Source: Candidatus Dojkabacteria bacterium HGW-Dojkabacteria-1 | Lineage (GTDB): Bacteria > Patescibacteriota > Dojkabacteria > SC72 | Direction: 5' to 3' | NCBI GenBank assembly: GCA_002840365.1 | Contig: PHAO01000001.1 | Coordinates: 652,360 to 716,359, forward strand | Length of the DNA stretch: 64,000 nt | Shown: positions 46,556 through 59,110 of the stretch, piece by piece | How positions within the stretch are numbered: position 1 is the stretch's first letter | Layout: every line of letters starts with the position of its first letter | The notes under the pieces: model-generated | What the model saw: only the letters and a program-made list of their open reading frames with translations | What the model was told of the DNA's origin: nothing | Database searches by the model: none | Position numbers and translations under genes: made by a program

Positions 46556-49417
46556 ATGAGTGAAGAAAGTATAAAAATAAAGGGTGCAAGAGAACACAAT
46601 CTTAAAAACATTTCTCTTGAAATACCTAAAAACAAATTAATAGTATTTACAGGTGTTTCAGGAAGTGGGAAATCATCCCTGGCTTTTGATACTCTGTATG
46701 CAGAAGGACAAAGAAGATATGTTGAATCCCTCTCCTCTTACGCTAGACAATTTTTGGGGTTGATGCACAAACCAGATGTAGATTCCATTACGGGTCTTTC
46801 CCCAGCAATCTCAATTGATCAAAAAACTACCAGTAGCAATCCTAGGTCAACTGTAGGAACCATTACAGAAATATATGGATATCTCAGATTGTTGTTTGGT
46901 CATATAGGAAAAGCATACTGTCCAAACTGTGGAACATTGATTTCTTCACAAAGTATACAAGAAATTTCTGAACAAATATTGAAAAAAGTCTCAAAGGAAG
47001 ACGCAAGATTTCAAGTATTAGCGCCATTAGTTAAAGGTCGTAAAGGAGAGTACAAGGCACTCCTATCAAAACTTCTTACAAAAGGTTTCTCAAGAGTAAT
47101 TATCGATGGGAATTTGTATCACCTAGATGATGTAGAGAACCTAAATTTAGAATCTAATGTAAAGCATACAATTGATTTAGTAGTTGACAGACTGGACAGT
47201 CAAATGCTAAAAGACGACAAAGATTCGTTCTCTAAAAGACTTAACGACTCATTAGAGTTAGCTACTTCCATGTCTGATGGAGAGGTAAAAATGAAAATTG
47301 ATGAAGAAGAATTCTTTTTCTCAGAGAAAAATACCTGTTTTAATTGTCAAATATCATATCCAAAAATCTCACCTGCATCATTTTCTTTTAACTCACCAGA
47401 AGGTGCATGTTCAAAGTGTGCTGGCTTAGGAAGTATAAATGAGATAGATATTACAAAAACATATAATCCTAATTTAACAATAAACGAGGGAGGAATATTC
47501 CCATGGGGAAATAGGACTACAAAAGATTCTTGGACAAAAAGAATCTTGGATAGTGTAGCGAAAGAGCATAATTTCGATCTTAAAACTCCAATTGCGAAAT
47601 ATCCTAAAGAGATTTTTGACTTAATATTTTTTGGATATGGAGCTAAAGATTCTTATAAAATCCTTTATACAAACAGATTCGGAAGAGAAAGAGTTTACGA
47701 TACTCAATATGAGGGAGTTGTAAGTGAATTAGAAAGACTTTACAAGGAAACAGATTCTGAATTCAGAAGGGCTGAAATAGAGAAATATATGACAGAAAGA
47801 ACTTGTGATATGTGTAAGGGAAATAGGCTCAAACCTTACTCTCTCGGTGTAAGAATTGGAAAGTTGAATATAATTGAGATGACAGATTTGACAATAGAAA
47901 GACTAAAAAAATATTTAAAGAACCTCGAACTAGAAGGAGGTAGTAAAGAAATTGCCAAACCAATATTAAAAGAGATAAATAGTAGATTGGAATTTCTCTC
48001 TAATGTTGGGCTAACATATATAACCCTATCTAGAAAAGCGAACACCCTCTCTGGTGGAGAATCACAGAGAATTAGATTAGCTTCACAAATTGGAACTGGA
48101 CTCTCAGGTGTTTTGTATGTATTAGACGAACCTTCAATAGGGTTACATCCAAGAGATGTAGACAAACTTCTAACTTCGATTGAATCACTTAGAGATACTG
48201 GTAATACTGTTGTTGTAGTTGAACATGATGAAGAAACAATGGAAAGGGCTGACTGGATAGTCGATATTGGACCAAAGGCAGGTGAACATGGAGGAGAAAT
48301 TGTAGCTGAAGGTAAGATAAAAGATATCAAGCAGTCTAACTCTTTAACTGCGAAATACCTTAAAAAAGAGCTTCAGGTAGGGCAAGAGATAGGGAGACCC
48401 CTACTACTCACAAATAGCACATCAGAGAAGCTTTCTTTGAAAGGTGTTCGTACTCATAATCTTAAAGATGTAAATATTGATATCCCACTGAAAACTTTAA
48501 CCTGTATTACAGGAGTGTCAGGAAGTGGTAAGTCTTCTTTAATTAATGACACACTTTATCCTGCCTTAATGAATATAAAGATGCATGGTAAACAAATAGA
48601 GGGACAATACAACGAGTTAAATGGCGTAGAAAACATTGATAAAGTAATAGGAATTGATCAAAAGCCAATAGGAAAGACACCTAGATCTAACCCTGCAACA
48701 TATACAGGCTTGTTTACATATATTAGGGAAATATTTGCACAAACCCAAGAAGCCAGAACAAGGGGATACAAGGCAGGAAGATTTAGCTTCAATGTTAAGG
48801 GAGGAAGATGCGAAAAATGTAAAGGAGACGGACAAATACGCGTAGAAATGCAATTTCTACCTGATATGTATATCCTTTGTGATGAATGTAATGGTAAAAG
48901 GTATAATAATGATGCTTTGAGTATTGACTACAAGGGAAAAAATATCGCAGATATTCTTGAGATGACCGTAGACAATGCCTTAGATTTTTTCAAAGATATT
49001 CCATCTCTAAAAAATAAGCTGAAAATTTTAGAAGAGGTTGGACTTGGATATCTCAGATTAGGACAGTCAGCTCTTACACTCTCAGGGGGAGAATCACAGA
49101 GAATTAAACTAGCAAAAGAACTTTCTAAACAAACTAGAGGGCATACTCTATACATTCTTGACGAACCAACTACAGGTCTTCACTTCTATGATGTAGACAA
49201 GCTTCTCACATTGGTAAAGAAACTAGTTTCGAAAGGAAATACTGTACTCATTATCGAGCATAATCTGGATGTAATTAGATATGCAGATTGGATAATAGAT
49301 CTTGGTCCTGAAGGAGGTGAAAAAGGAGGAGAAATTGTTGCAGAGGGTAACCTAGAAGACATAATGAATAACCCAAAGAGCTGGACAGGTATGTGGCTTA
49401 AGAGAAAATTACTCTAA
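46556..49417 (+). CDS. uvrA: Excinuclease ABC subunit A
   Basis: GAREHNLKN, two GVSGSGKSS Walker A, two LSGGESQR, zinc fingers; ATG 46556 after TATAAT. Confidence 0.98.
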   Translation: MSEESIKIKGAREHNLKNISLEIPKNKLIVFTGVSGSGKSSLAFDTLYAEGQRRYVESLSSYARQFLGLMHKPDVDSITGLSPAISIDQKTTSSNPRSTVGTITEIYGYLRLLFGHIGKAYCPNCGTLISSQSIQEISEQILKKVSKEDARFQVLAPLVKGRKGEYKALLSKLLTKGFSRVIIDGNLYHLDDVENLNLESNVKHTIDLVVDRLDSQMLKDDKDSFSKRLNDSLELATSMSDGEVKMKIDEEEFFFSEKNTCFNCQISYPKISPASFSFNSPEGACSKCAGLGSINEIDITKTYNPNLTINEGGIFPWGNRTTKDSWTKRILDSVAKEHNFDLKTPIAKYPKEIFDLIFFGYGAKDSYKILYTNRFGRERVYDTQYEGVVSELERLYKETDSEFRRAEIEKYMTERTCDMCKGNRLKPYSLGVRIGKLNIIEMTDLTIERLKKYLKNLELEGGSKEIAKPILKEINSRLEFLSNVGLTYITLSRKANTLSGGESQRIRLASQIGTGLSGVLYVLDEPSIGLHPRDVDKLLTSIESLRDTGNTVVVVEHDEETMERADWIVDIGPKAGEHGGEIVAEGKIKDIKQSNSLTAKYLKKELQVGQEIGRPLLLTNSTSEKLSLKGVRTHNLKDVNIDIPLKTLTCITGVSGSGKSSLINDTLYPALMNIKMHGKQIEGQYNELNGVENIDKVIGIDQKPIGKTPRSNPATYTGLFTYIREIFAQTQEARTRGYKAGRFSFNVKGGRCEKCKGDGQIRVEMQFLPDMYILCDECNGKRYNNDALSIDYKGKNIADILEMTVDNALDFFKDIPSLKNKLKILEEVGLGYLRLGQSALTLSGGESQRIKLAKELSKQTRGHTLYILDEPTTGLHFYDVDKLLTLVKKLVSKGNTVLIIEHNLDVIRYADWIIDLGPEGGEKGGEIVAEGNLEDIMNNPKSWTGMWLKRKLL

Positions 49418-49858
49418 ACTGTATACATAATCGGTTAACCACTTACATCTTGTATTTACATCAACCAATTGCTCCTTTGTAAGCCTTTCCCATGGTTCAA
49501 CATCTTCGTTGTAGGCCTTGTCTAACTCCATTAATGCTTCAGGAAACCAATCATTCTCTTGACCGTTTATCATATATGTATCGAAAGCTTTCCTTTGAAC
49601 TTCCCTAGCCCATTCATATGCACTTTTGGGTTTCTTTTCCTCTACAAATTGATTAAAGTTGAAAAATTCATCAAGTGGAATATCTATATCAAGTAGAATG
49701 GACCTTAAATATGCAAGATTGTTATCTCTCTGAAAGATTTTAATTCTCCATCCATTTTGTAAAGCAACCCTTATCACATCAAGACTGTATACAAATGCCT
49801 CTCTTTCTCCTCTAGTCATTAGCTTGGTATCTACTTTTTCCCCTTCCATATACTTCAC
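49409..49858 (-). CDS. Hypothetical protein
   Basis: 149-aa ORF; GAGGTG RBS-like sequence before the ATG at 49849. Confidence 0.55.
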   Translation of the reverse strand: MKYMEGEKVDTKLMTRGEREAFVYSLDVIRVALQNGWRIKIFQRDNNLAYLRSILLDIDIPLDEFFNFNQFVEEKKPKSAYEWAREVQRKAFDTYMINGQENDWFPEALMELDKAYNEDVEPWERLTKEQLVDVNTRCKWLTDYVYSLE

Positions 49859-50111
49859 CTCTCAAATATTTTACTTGTATATTATATCTCTTTTTGAAAA
49901 TTTTCTTAAGTGGTGAAACTTCCGTCACCATTTTGACCCTCTTTGAATTCAGCATACCCGAGAAGACACTAGTTCAAACATTGAAAACATCTAAGAATAG
50001 GTTACTGGATAGACCTTTCCTCTTACCGATGTTCAAATATTAGATATACTAAGTATACGGATTGAGAACAAATCAGAATTAACATTGATGATATAATTTC
50101 GCCAAGTTTCA

Positions 50112-51578
50112 CTAGTAAGGGATAGCAAATACCCACTCGTCCGCTGTTTCCTTACCACAATATATACAATTACCCTCGCCTTCCTTTGAGAAGCATCTAG
50201 TGGTTGCCTTTGTTTCGTACTTAATATTTTCCTCGCATTCTTCCCTACCACACCAATATGCCTTTACAAAGCCTTTTTTACCTTTTAATATCTTCTTAAA
50301 TTCTGTATATGATGATACTTCATGGGTGTTGTTTTGAAGAATTTCGGTAGATCTTTTTAGTAAATTTTGTTGAATTTCTTCTAGCAATGCAAGGACTCTA
50401 ACTCCAATTTCTCTTGAATTAACGCTGTTTTTCTCATTTGTATCTCTTCGAACAATTACTACCTCATCTTTTTCTATATCTCTTTTCCCAATTTCAATTC
50501 TAATAGGGACACCCTTCTTCTCCCACTCATTGAATTTGAAACCGGGTGATAAAAATTCTCTCTGATCTAATTCTACACCATCAACTACTTTTGAAATTTC
50601 TTCATAAAGATTTTCTGAGAACTGCAAAACTTCGTTTTGTGATTCATCATTGAAGATAGGGATTATAGCTATTTTTATAGGCGCAATTCTTGGAGGCAAA
50701 ATCAAGCCCAAATCATCGCTATGAGACATTATTACCGCACCCATCATCCTCGTACTTACACCCCAACTTGTTTGCCATGGATGCTTCGTTTTACCATCAT
50801 CATCTGCAAACGATATTCCAAATACCTTTGCAAAATTCTGACCTAAGTCATGGGATGTTCCAAATTGTAATGCTTTACCATCTTGCATAAGTGCTTCTAC
50901 TCCATAGGTGTTTAAAGCTCCTGCAAATTTCTCAGATTCAGACTTTCTACCCGAGTATACCTCTAGTGCTAAGACTTCCTTAGCGAAGTCAGAATACATC
51001 TTAAGGGCTCTTAATACTTCTTTTTCAGATTCCCCATGGGTAGCATGAACTGTATGACCTTCCTGCCAAAGAAATTCTGTAGTTCTTAAAAATGGTCTTG
51101 TTCTTTTCTCCCATCTGACAATATTGGCCCATTGATTTATACGAAGTGGTAAATCTCTCCAAGAGGATATCCATCTTGAGAATGTATCATACATGATAGT
51201 TTCAGAAGTTGGCCTTACAACCAATTCTTCTTCTAATTTCGCTTCAGGATCCACTATTACACCCTTTCCATCTTCAGATTCCTTTAATCTGTAGTGAGTT
51301 ACTACTGCACACTCTTTGGCAAATCCTTTTACATGACTTGCTTCTTTAGAGAAGAATGATTTAGGTATAAAGATTGGGAAATACGCATTCTTAGCACCAC
51401 TCTCTTTAATTCTCCTATCTAATTCTTTTTGTATATTCTCCCATATAGCAAAACCATATGGTTTGATTACCATACAGCCACGAACAGAGGAATTTTCTGC
51501 TAAATCAGCTCTTTCAATGACATCTAAGTACCACTGAGAGTAATTCTCACTTCTTGGTGTAATACCTTTGTTTGACAT
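50112..51578 (-). CDS. proS: Proline--tRNA ligase (archaeal/eukaryote-type)
   Basis: SQWY, VRPTSET, FLRTTEFLWQEGHT, QTSWGVSTR, C-terminal Zn domain ending in Y. Confidence 0.97.
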   Translation of the reverse strand: MSNKGITPRSENYSQWYLDVIERADLAENSSVRGCMVIKPYGFAIWENIQKELDRRIKESGAKNAYFPIFIPKSFFSKEASHVKGFAKECAVVTHYRLKESEDGKGVIVDPEAKLEEELVVRPTSETIMYDTFSRWISSWRDLPLRINQWANIVRWEKRTRPFLRTTEFLWQEGHTVHATHGESEKEVLRALKMYSDFAKEVLALEVYSGRKSESEKFAGALNTYGVEALMQDGKALQFGTSHDLGQNFAKVFGISFADDDGKTKHPWQTSWGVSTRMMGAVIMSHSDDLGLILPPRIAPIKIAIIPIFNDESQNEVLQFSENLYEEISKVVDGVELDQREFLSPGFKFNEWEKKGVPIRIEIGKRDIEKDEVVIVRRDTNEKNSVNSREIGVRVLALLEEIQQNLLKRSTEILQNNTHEVSSYTEFKKILKGKKGFVKAYWCGREECEENIKYETKATTRCFSKEGEGNCIYCGKETADEWVFAIPY

Positions 51579-51606
51579 AATGCGTGTATTTTACACTAAT
51601 TATATG

Positions 51607-52977
51607 TTAATACACAATTCTTGGATCAAATCCCCAATGCTGAGCAGCCTTTGCAAGTGCGGATTCGGGATGTTCAACAATCCACTTCTTAATATCCCCT
51701 TTCTCCATAGCAATATCTCTAGCTTGTACCACAGCCTCTACACCGGCTTCAATGCCCCATGGATGTCCTAATGTTCCACCACCTGCTTGTATAACTAAAT
51801 CTTCACCAAGTTGTGTAATTGATTCCCCTATAGTTCCAGCGTGAAGACCACCTGAAGCAGTATGCCAAACACCCTTCATACCAAACCAATTTTGACCAAG
51901 GGTAATATGCGATTCTGGTGTAATATCAGCCTGTAGAGCTTCTTGTATTAGTTTTGGTTCACCATAGTTTTCCATTTTTGTTTTAGGAGCACCACCATGT
52001 AACGAATCTACACCAAGTAGTCTCATTATCTTTGCAATAACGACCATAGACATAGAGAAATCTAATATCTCCCCCTTATCATGTACCCCAGGACCAGATT
52101 CTCTATCAAGTAAGCCATGCATTGCTCTGTGAGCATGTATAGCCAATCCAGGATTGTGTTTTCTCATGGTTTGTACTGCTGTAAAACCAGTGGTAACAAC
52201 ATCTATCATCATCCACCTACCACCTTCCTTCTTAATCATATCTGCCCTATCAAGCATAATATCTAAATCTGAGTGAGTAACATTACATAGATAGAATTTC
52301 TTTTTACCAGATTTCTTTTCAATATCTCTTTGTACTGCATGAACTCTCTTACATCTATCCTCAAACTTGTTAAAGTAAAGGCTTGTTAAATTTTCATCAT
52401 CCTTTATACCTTGATATTCACCATTTGCAGCAGTAAAAAGAACTTTCGCTAATTCTGCTTGTTCTTTTGCTGTCCTACCTACCTTAGGTTTAGGTACTGT
52501 ACAAAGCATTGGCCCACTTGGTAGTTCCATAAAGTCTCTAACTCCCTTAATACCAAACATTGGTCCAGGAAAGCTTTTGACAAGACTTTCAGGAAATCTT
52601 ACATCGATAAGTCTAAATGCTTTAAGCATTTTCATACTATCAATATTTCCTGCAATTCCTGCTAATATCCCTGACATATTACCCTCTTCAAAGATTTCCT
52701 TCTTATATGCTATCTTGAATGTTTTTGTTTTAGGATCTAAATCATATGCGATAGCTTTAAGTTTGTCAGCCATTTTTATACCGGAGTTTTTACCTGCATA
52801 TACCTCAGTCCATGTACCTGTTGAGCTTTCAGCTGCACAACTTGCTGCAGCATCCTCAAACTTATCATCAGAGATACCATCTGCCAATTCAATATCTAGG
52901 TATGTAATTAAGTAATCTTTGTCAGGATTTTTTGGTTTCCAACCTTTAGGGGCTAGATAATCGAGCTGAACAGCCAC
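51607..52977 (-). CDS. rbcL: RuBisCO large subunit, form III-related
   Basis: AAESSTGTW, AGN, KPK, IKDDE, HAHRAMH, LHGG..K, ASGGLH, QAGGG; GTG 52977 is the likely start. Confidence 0.9.
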   Translation of the reverse strand: MAVQLDYLAPKGWKPKNPDKDYLITYLDIELADGISDDKFEDAAASCAAESSTGTWTEVYAGKNSGIKMADKLKAIAYDLDPKTKTFKIAYKKEIFEEGNMSGILAGIAGNIDSMKMLKAFRLIDVRFPESLVKSFPGPMFGIKGVRDFMELPSGPMLCTVPKPKVGRTAKEQAELAKVLFTAANGEYQGIKDDENLTSLYFNKFEDRCKRVHAVQRDIEKKSGKKKFYLCNVTHSDLDIMLDRADMIKKEGGRWMMIDVVTTGFTAVQTMRKHNPGLAIHAHRAMHGLLDRESGPGVHDKGEILDFSMSMVVIAKIMRLLGVDSLHGGAPKTKMENYGEPKLIQEALQADITPESHITLGQNWFGMKGVWHTASGGLHAGTIGESITQLGEDLVIQAGGGTLGHPWGIEAGVEAVVQARDIAMEKGDIKKWIVEHPESALAKAAQHWGFDPRIVY

Positions 52978-52996
52978 GGGCAGTAAAAAAAACAAT

Positions 52997-53476
52997 TTAA
53001 TTGTTCTTTAATTCTACATTAGGCTCATCATTCTGTAAATCAAAATATCTTTGTAAATCAGAGAGGATTTCTTCTTCTTTCAAAGTAAAATCTGATTTAC
53101 TTAAAATCCATTGATGATTTGTTGCATGATTGGAAAGAATTTCTTCTAATACAATATTTTGGTCGTCACTCATCGTAGAACCTGCGAGAAGAATACCTCC
53201 CTCACTTGGATGCTCTCTTAAAATAACTTCTTTTAATATCTTTGATCCCAAAACTTCATTGCCAAGATTTTCGTCTAATATTACAAAAGGAATAAGGCCC
53301 TCAGAGTATATTTGTTCTAAAGCAAAAAGTACTTCTTCCTCCATTTCACCCTCTGTAACCATTAATATTTTCGCAGGGGATAACCTACTTGCAAAGAGTT
53401 CATAGTCCCAAGCCTTATGTTCATCATCATCTACTATTAGAAAGGCCAATTTCTCTTGGAGAATAGCTTTATTCAT
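52997..53476 (-). CDS. Receiver (CheY-like) domain protein, divergent
   Basis: FLIVDDD acidic pocket, FVILDENL phosphoacceptor strand, GS, late K. Confidence 0.6.
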   Translation of the reverse strand: MNKAILQEKLAFLIVDDDEHKAWDYELFASRLSPAKILMVTEGEMEEEVLFALEQIYSEGLIPFVILDENLGNEVLGSKILKEVILREHPSEGGILLAGSTMSDDQNIVLEEILSNHATNHQWILSKSDFTLKEEEILSDLQRYFDLQNDEPNVELKNN

Positions 53477-53559
53477 ATCTTTTGTAATCGATATTAGTAT
53501 TATAGGATATCATAATTCTTTTATCTCTACCACTTGAAAAGTCTAGTAATAATTGGAAA

Positions 53560-54006
53560 TTACCGTATTAGTTTGTATTCTAAATTTGTCTCTATCAAGT
53601 ATTCACTACATACTTCCTCTATATCATTTGGATGCGCTCCACACCCTACGCACCAATCACTCCCTTCCACAATACTTTCTAATATTTCTCTTTGCCCATC
53701 AATACAACCATTTCCATCTGGAAGAACAATTCCCCTTTTCACTTCAGAAGAATCGAGTGCTTTCATAAAGATATCAGTTCCTACACAATAGTGTTTACCA
53801 AGGTATTGTTCAAGTATTATTAATGGAATTAACCCTTCTCTTGAAGATTGTAATATTGCTTCTTGCAGTTCAAAAAGCATATCTCCCTCTGAAATGATAA
53901 TTGGTATTTTATCGTTGTATTCAAAATATCTTATAACTTTAGCTTTCTTGGAAGGTTTAATATTCACTATTATTGGAGAGAATCTGGACAGTAGATCTTG
54001 ATTCAT
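53560..54006 (-). CDS. Degenerate paralogue of the adjacent receiver-like protein
   Basis: EGLIPLIILEQYLG vs EGLIPFVILDENLG; DGQREILESI vs DDQNIVLEEI. Confidence 0.55.
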   Translation of the reverse strand: MNQDLLSRFSPIIVNIKPSKKAKVIRYFEYNDKIPIIISEGDMLFELQEAILQSSREGLIPLIILEQYLGKHYCVGTDIFMKALDSSEVKRGIVLPDGNGCIDGQREILESIVEGSDWCVGCGAHPNDIEEVCSEYLIETNLEYKLIR

Positions 54007-54110
54007 TCACTCTCTTTTCTTCACCTTATATACTCAAGGGTTTGCACTAGTCAAAGATAGCACACGAAGAATAAGAAGCAAAGGAAAGTTAGATGCATAA
54101 ATAATTAATA

Positions 54111-54184
54111 TCGGGATGACCTGATTTGAACAGGCGACCTCTACGTCCCGAACGTAGCGTTCTAGCCATCTGAACTACATCCCG
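54111..54184 (-). tRNA. tRNA-Pro(CGG)
   Basis: CGGGATG acceptor, CTACG-TT-CGG-GA-CGTAG, GTTCAAATC. Confidence 0.93.
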
Positions 54185-54187
54185 GAA

Positions 54188-55981
54188 TTACATCCTTTCT
54201 ACTACATTAATACCTAAGATATTTAATCCATGCTGCATTGTTTTTGCTGTTGCATCAACAACTAAAAGAAGATTATCTTTATCTTCAGAATCTAAAATTC
54301 TTACATTTTGATAGAAAGAATTAAAAGCTTGAGCTAAGTCAAACAGATATGAGGCAAGTGTACTAGGAGTATAGTTTACAGACGAGCTTAGCAGTGTGTT
54401 TTGATATCTGACAATTTGCCTAATTAATCCCTCTGTTTCAACCGCTAGGGAGAAATCAGTGGAGAATGAACTCAAAAGATTCTGACTCTCAAGTAAAGAT
54501 TTGGATCTTGCGTATACATAAAGAAGATATGGACCTGTATCACCATCGAAGCTAATAGATTTGTCGAAATCAAAAACCACATCTTTACCTACTGATACTT
54601 TCAAAAATGCATATTTGATTGCCGCTACTGCTATTCTATCGCTTTTTTCCTCTATTTCCTCTGGAGCAAACTTTCCTGTTTCCTTCATTAGTTCAGAGAC
54701 CTTCTCTTTTGTTTCATCTAACAACCATTCCCCTCCAATTATCTTACCTTTCCTGCTTGACATTTTTTCTGCCCCAGGGAGCTTAACCATACCATGAGGG
54801 AAGTGCTTAGACCTATTAGCAACCTCAGGTTCTATTTGCGAAAGAGCCTCTAAAACCACTTTAAAGTAGGCCGATTGTTCATCGGCAGTTATCATTATGG
54901 ATTCGTCTAACTCCCTCTCTTCAAACTTCTTAAATGCCAAAGCAAGCTCCTTTGCTTCATAGGTTGGAAGTCCTTCTTTGTTTATAAACACTCTGGTGTG
55001 AAGTCCCTTTGATTCGTCACCCTTAAATATTACTGACCCATCATCCTCTTGGAAAACACTCTTACCGTTGGGCTTTGTATTTTCTTCAACTATTTTCAAT
55101 CCAATATCACTCATTGCGCTTTCTAGGTAGTAATTATCAAATTTGGTTCCTGTTCTAGCATAAATTCTTTCAAAGTATTCCATACACCACTCTTTCCCAA
55201 GCATATACCACTCTCGCATTCCTATAGATTCAAAATCATCAAAATGTTCTTGAGTCTCAATTGAAGGGATATAGAATGAGAAAATATAGCTATTAATCTC
55301 CCTTATCTCCGCTATTGCCTTTTCTTCTTTTAAATCATCATAATGATTAAACCCGAGCATGTATGCATCTCCAAGATAGGATACTCTTTCTGAGAGTTCT
55401 TTCTCTTTGAGATCAACAAAGGAGATACCATCCTTTTCCAAGAGCAACTTTAAACCATACATTGTTTTAGCAACATGTAATCCTACATCCCCTTGATAGT
55501 TGGCACGATATACTTGGGCTCCTAGAGCCTCTTGTAGCCTTGCAAATGATTCTCCAACCATATTGGTATACAAATGCCCAATATGAAGTGTTTTAAAGGG
55601 GTTGGGGTCTGTGTATTCAATCATGCATTTCTCACCCCTCCTTGTATTCATTTTAAAATATTCAGAGCCTTTCTGAGATATTTCTTGTATTCGATTAAGA
55701 AGGAACTTCTTTGAAAGGTAGAAATTAATAAAGCCAGGACCAGCAACTTCGACCTTCTCGAGATCCTCTCCTAATGGATATATTTCTTGAATTTTTTGAG
55801 CTAATTCTCTGGGAGATAGGTTTAAATCCTTTGATACCTGAAGTGCAATATTCGAAGTGAAGTCCCCACGGCTTAAATCTTGTGGCTCTTCTACAACAAT
55901 ATTATCTATATCCAAACCCAGATTATTTAATATTGTTCGAAGATTTTCTGTAATTTCTTCTTTTATCTTTATCATATTCAC
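54188..55981 (-). CDS. argS: Arginine--tRNA ligase
   Basis: AGPGFINF, EYTDPNP, HIGH, KMSSRKG, GPYLLYVYAR, ends ERM. Confidence 0.97.
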   Translation of the reverse strand: MNMIKIKEEITENLRTILNNLGLDIDNIVVEEPQDLSRGDFTSNIALQVSKDLNLSPRELAQKIQEIYPLGEDLEKVEVAGPGFINFYLSKKFLLNRIQEISQKGSEYFKMNTRRGEKCMIEYTDPNPFKTLHIGHLYTNMVGESFARLQEALGAQVYRANYQGDVGLHVAKTMYGLKLLLEKDGISFVDLKEKELSERVSYLGDAYMLGFNHYDDLKEEKAIAEIREINSYIFSFYIPSIETQEHFDDFESIGMREWYMLGKEWCMEYFERIYARTGTKFDNYYLESAMSDIGLKIVEENTKPNGKSVFQEDDGSVIFKGDESKGLHTRVFINKEGLPTYEAKELALAFKKFEERELDESIMITADEQSAYFKVVLEALSQIEPEVANRSKHFPHGMVKLPGAEKMSSRKGKIIGGEWLLDETKEKVSELMKETGKFAPEEIEEKSDRIAVAAIKYAFLKVSVGKDVVFDFDKSISFDGDTGPYLLYVYARSKSLLESQNLLSSFSTDFSLAVETEGLIRQIVRYQNTLLSSSVNYTPSTLASYLFDLAQAFNSFYQNVRILDSEDKDNLLLVVDATAKTMQHGLNILGINVVERM

Positions 55982-55998
55982 AAAGTATACTACAAAAA

Positions 55999-56890
<892 letters not shown>

Positions 56891-58357
56891 CTGATATAGG
56901 ATATTTTAACAAACAAAGAAGGATAAGGAGGAACAATATGAGAAATGAAATCTTAGTTGCATTAAATTGTACCTCTAAAGGTCTTATTCTAGAAGATATT
57001 TCAACAATATATTTAAATATATTGAGCTGTACATATGGTAGAAAAAAGAAAAATTGAAACTTAGAAGAAAGAATATTAAGGGAGATAGATACGAGTCCAA
57101 AATAGATTGTACTTCGTATAACTAGTGTTGCTAGAAGGTTACTTATTATCGACACTATAGAAACCTTACCGAAGAAATATATTACAACAGGTAAAGTACA
57201 AATTGCACAGGTTAATGTTGGTATAAAACTATCTTTGATCCAATTTGATTTATAACTGAAACACTTTGGTAAAAAGATGAGTCCTAAGGTAGCACTGGAT
57301 GATAATAAGAAACCGATATCATAAAGAATAAAGGGGTTAAGAATGACAAGAACAGTTATACAAAATATTATTAATACGCCTTTAGAAACATCTCTACCAA
57401 GCAATATTGCAAAGAAATATATACTACTCATAGTTGATGCTCTAACTATTGATGAGGATAATCCCGCAAAGATTGCGAAGATCCAAATTATGAAAATCTT
57501 CAGAAAATATACAAACCTACTCCTTAATTTTCCAAAAATCGTATCTACAAAGGATGCTAGTAGTGAGACATTGTATCCTGAAGCAGAAATTATATGAGAA
57601 AGACCAGATGCTTGTAATGAGGAATTGAATTTTTCTGTAAATACTCTTTTACTTCCAAAGAGAATTCCAACTAAAAGAGAACTCTCTGGTTCAGAGATGC
57701 TTTTGTTTACAATCCTTTCTACTCTAGATCTTATATTTAATATGTTTAATCTTTTGTTTGAACAATCATACTTCCCTATTTCCAATATACTATATATTCC
57801 TTTCCTATAAAGATATTTTTTGTAATCAAAATCTTCAAAACTCTTCGGTTCCACAAGTTTTCCTTGTATAAAGCAGTAATCTCCAGGATGTATCACGCTA
57901 TACTCCTTACTTTTTAGTAATACATTTCCCAGGTTTCTTTGCTTTGGTTGAAGAATATATCTACCCTCCCCCTCTTGCGATATAATACTGCCACTCAAAG
58001 AGACTTCTTTGCCAATGAAACTTTGGATATTTTGAACTTCCCTTACCTTCTTAGAAGAAATGTACGATAGAGAGAAATACAACAAAAAGGCTAGTATAGA
58101 AGATATTAGGAAGGTTGATAATAATTTTTGAACAGTACTTCCCGCCCCTTGTGAAACCAAGAAAGCTCCAAAGAGTATGAATAGAATACAGACTTTACTA
58201 AGAATTGGAGAGGAAATACCCTGATAGATACCCTCTTCAACTGATTTAATAGATAAAAGGGTGACAGTTAGAATTGTAAAACAGGATATTAGTATTCCAA
58301 AGTCCTTGCAAAACAGTATTAAGGTAAGAATTCTTCGTAAAAAGTACTTTATGGCCT

Positions 58358-59050
58358 TTATAAACATATCTGGTCTTTGAATTTGTCAAATGTAGCCTGC
58401 CCTATTCCACTAACATTCATAATGTCTTCTAATTTTTCATATGGCCTACCATCGATAATCTTCTGTGCGGTAGAGGGTCCTACACCATTTAAGGTCTCTA
58501 ATTGTGTCTTACTTGCACTATTTATACTTATACAATCACTCTCCTCTTCTCCAGGCTCTACAGGAGGTTTAGGTTCAGTTATATTAGTAATCTCTTTAGG
58601 TAATTTGAAGTCTATTATCTGGCATATGGAATCCTCTTCGAATGGTATATATACCTTAGAGTTATCTGTAAGTAATGTTGCTAGATTCACTCTCATAGAG
58701 ACATACTTTTGTGCAAAACCGTCAACAAATCCGTTTGCCTTCTTAACAAGATCCACTACCGCGCTATCCTTTTCTAGACAATATACTCCTGGCTTCTTTA
58801 CAGCTCCTGATATATCTACACGTATTGGACATAGTTCTCTCTCTTCATCCTTTTCTATTAATGGTTGTTCTATTTCCGTTTTTTCTTCTTCTACAATACC
58901 TATATCTACAACCTTTTCCCCCTTTATTTCTTCTAATATTACTAATATATCTTCCTTACCCATGGATGCTACTACAAAACCACAAAGAAAACCTAAAAGA
59001 AAAAAAGAGGAAAGGACTAAGATGTTTTTTGTTTTAACAGAGGATTCCAT
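58358..59050 (-). CDS. comEA: ComEA DNA receptor (SLBB + HhH)
   Basis: TM, VDISGAVKKPGVY, INSAS..LETLNGVGP, VSGIG. Confidence 0.9.
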   Translation of the reverse strand: MESSVKTKNILVLSSFFLLGFLCGFVVASMGKEDILVILEEIKGEKVVDIGIVEEEKTEIEQPLIEKDEERELCPIRVDISGAVKKPGVYCLEKDSAVVDLVKKANGFVDGFAQKYVSMRVNLATLLTDNSKVYIPFEEDSICQIIDFKLPKEITNITEPKPPVEPGEEESDCISINSASKTQLETLNGVGPSTAQKIIDGRPYEKLEDIMNVSGIGQATFDKFKDQICL

Positions 59051-59110
59051 TTACACAATTGTAAATGGTACTTATGAAGTAAAAATGAATATTAATATCC
59101 TCTAGCGCGC

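Noticed and set aside
49860-50110. 250-nt gap after proS with a small hairpin (TGGTGA..TCACCA) and a coding-like minus-strand stretch (CLLGYAEFKEGQNGDGSFTT)
   Set aside because: No start codon or continuous frame and no recognisable RNA family; may be a decayed gene but cannot be supported
58377-59105. 242-aa plus-strand ORF
   Set aside because: Antisense shadow of comEA; Ser/Ile/Phe-rich composition typical of reverse frames, like the other short antisense ORFs in the track
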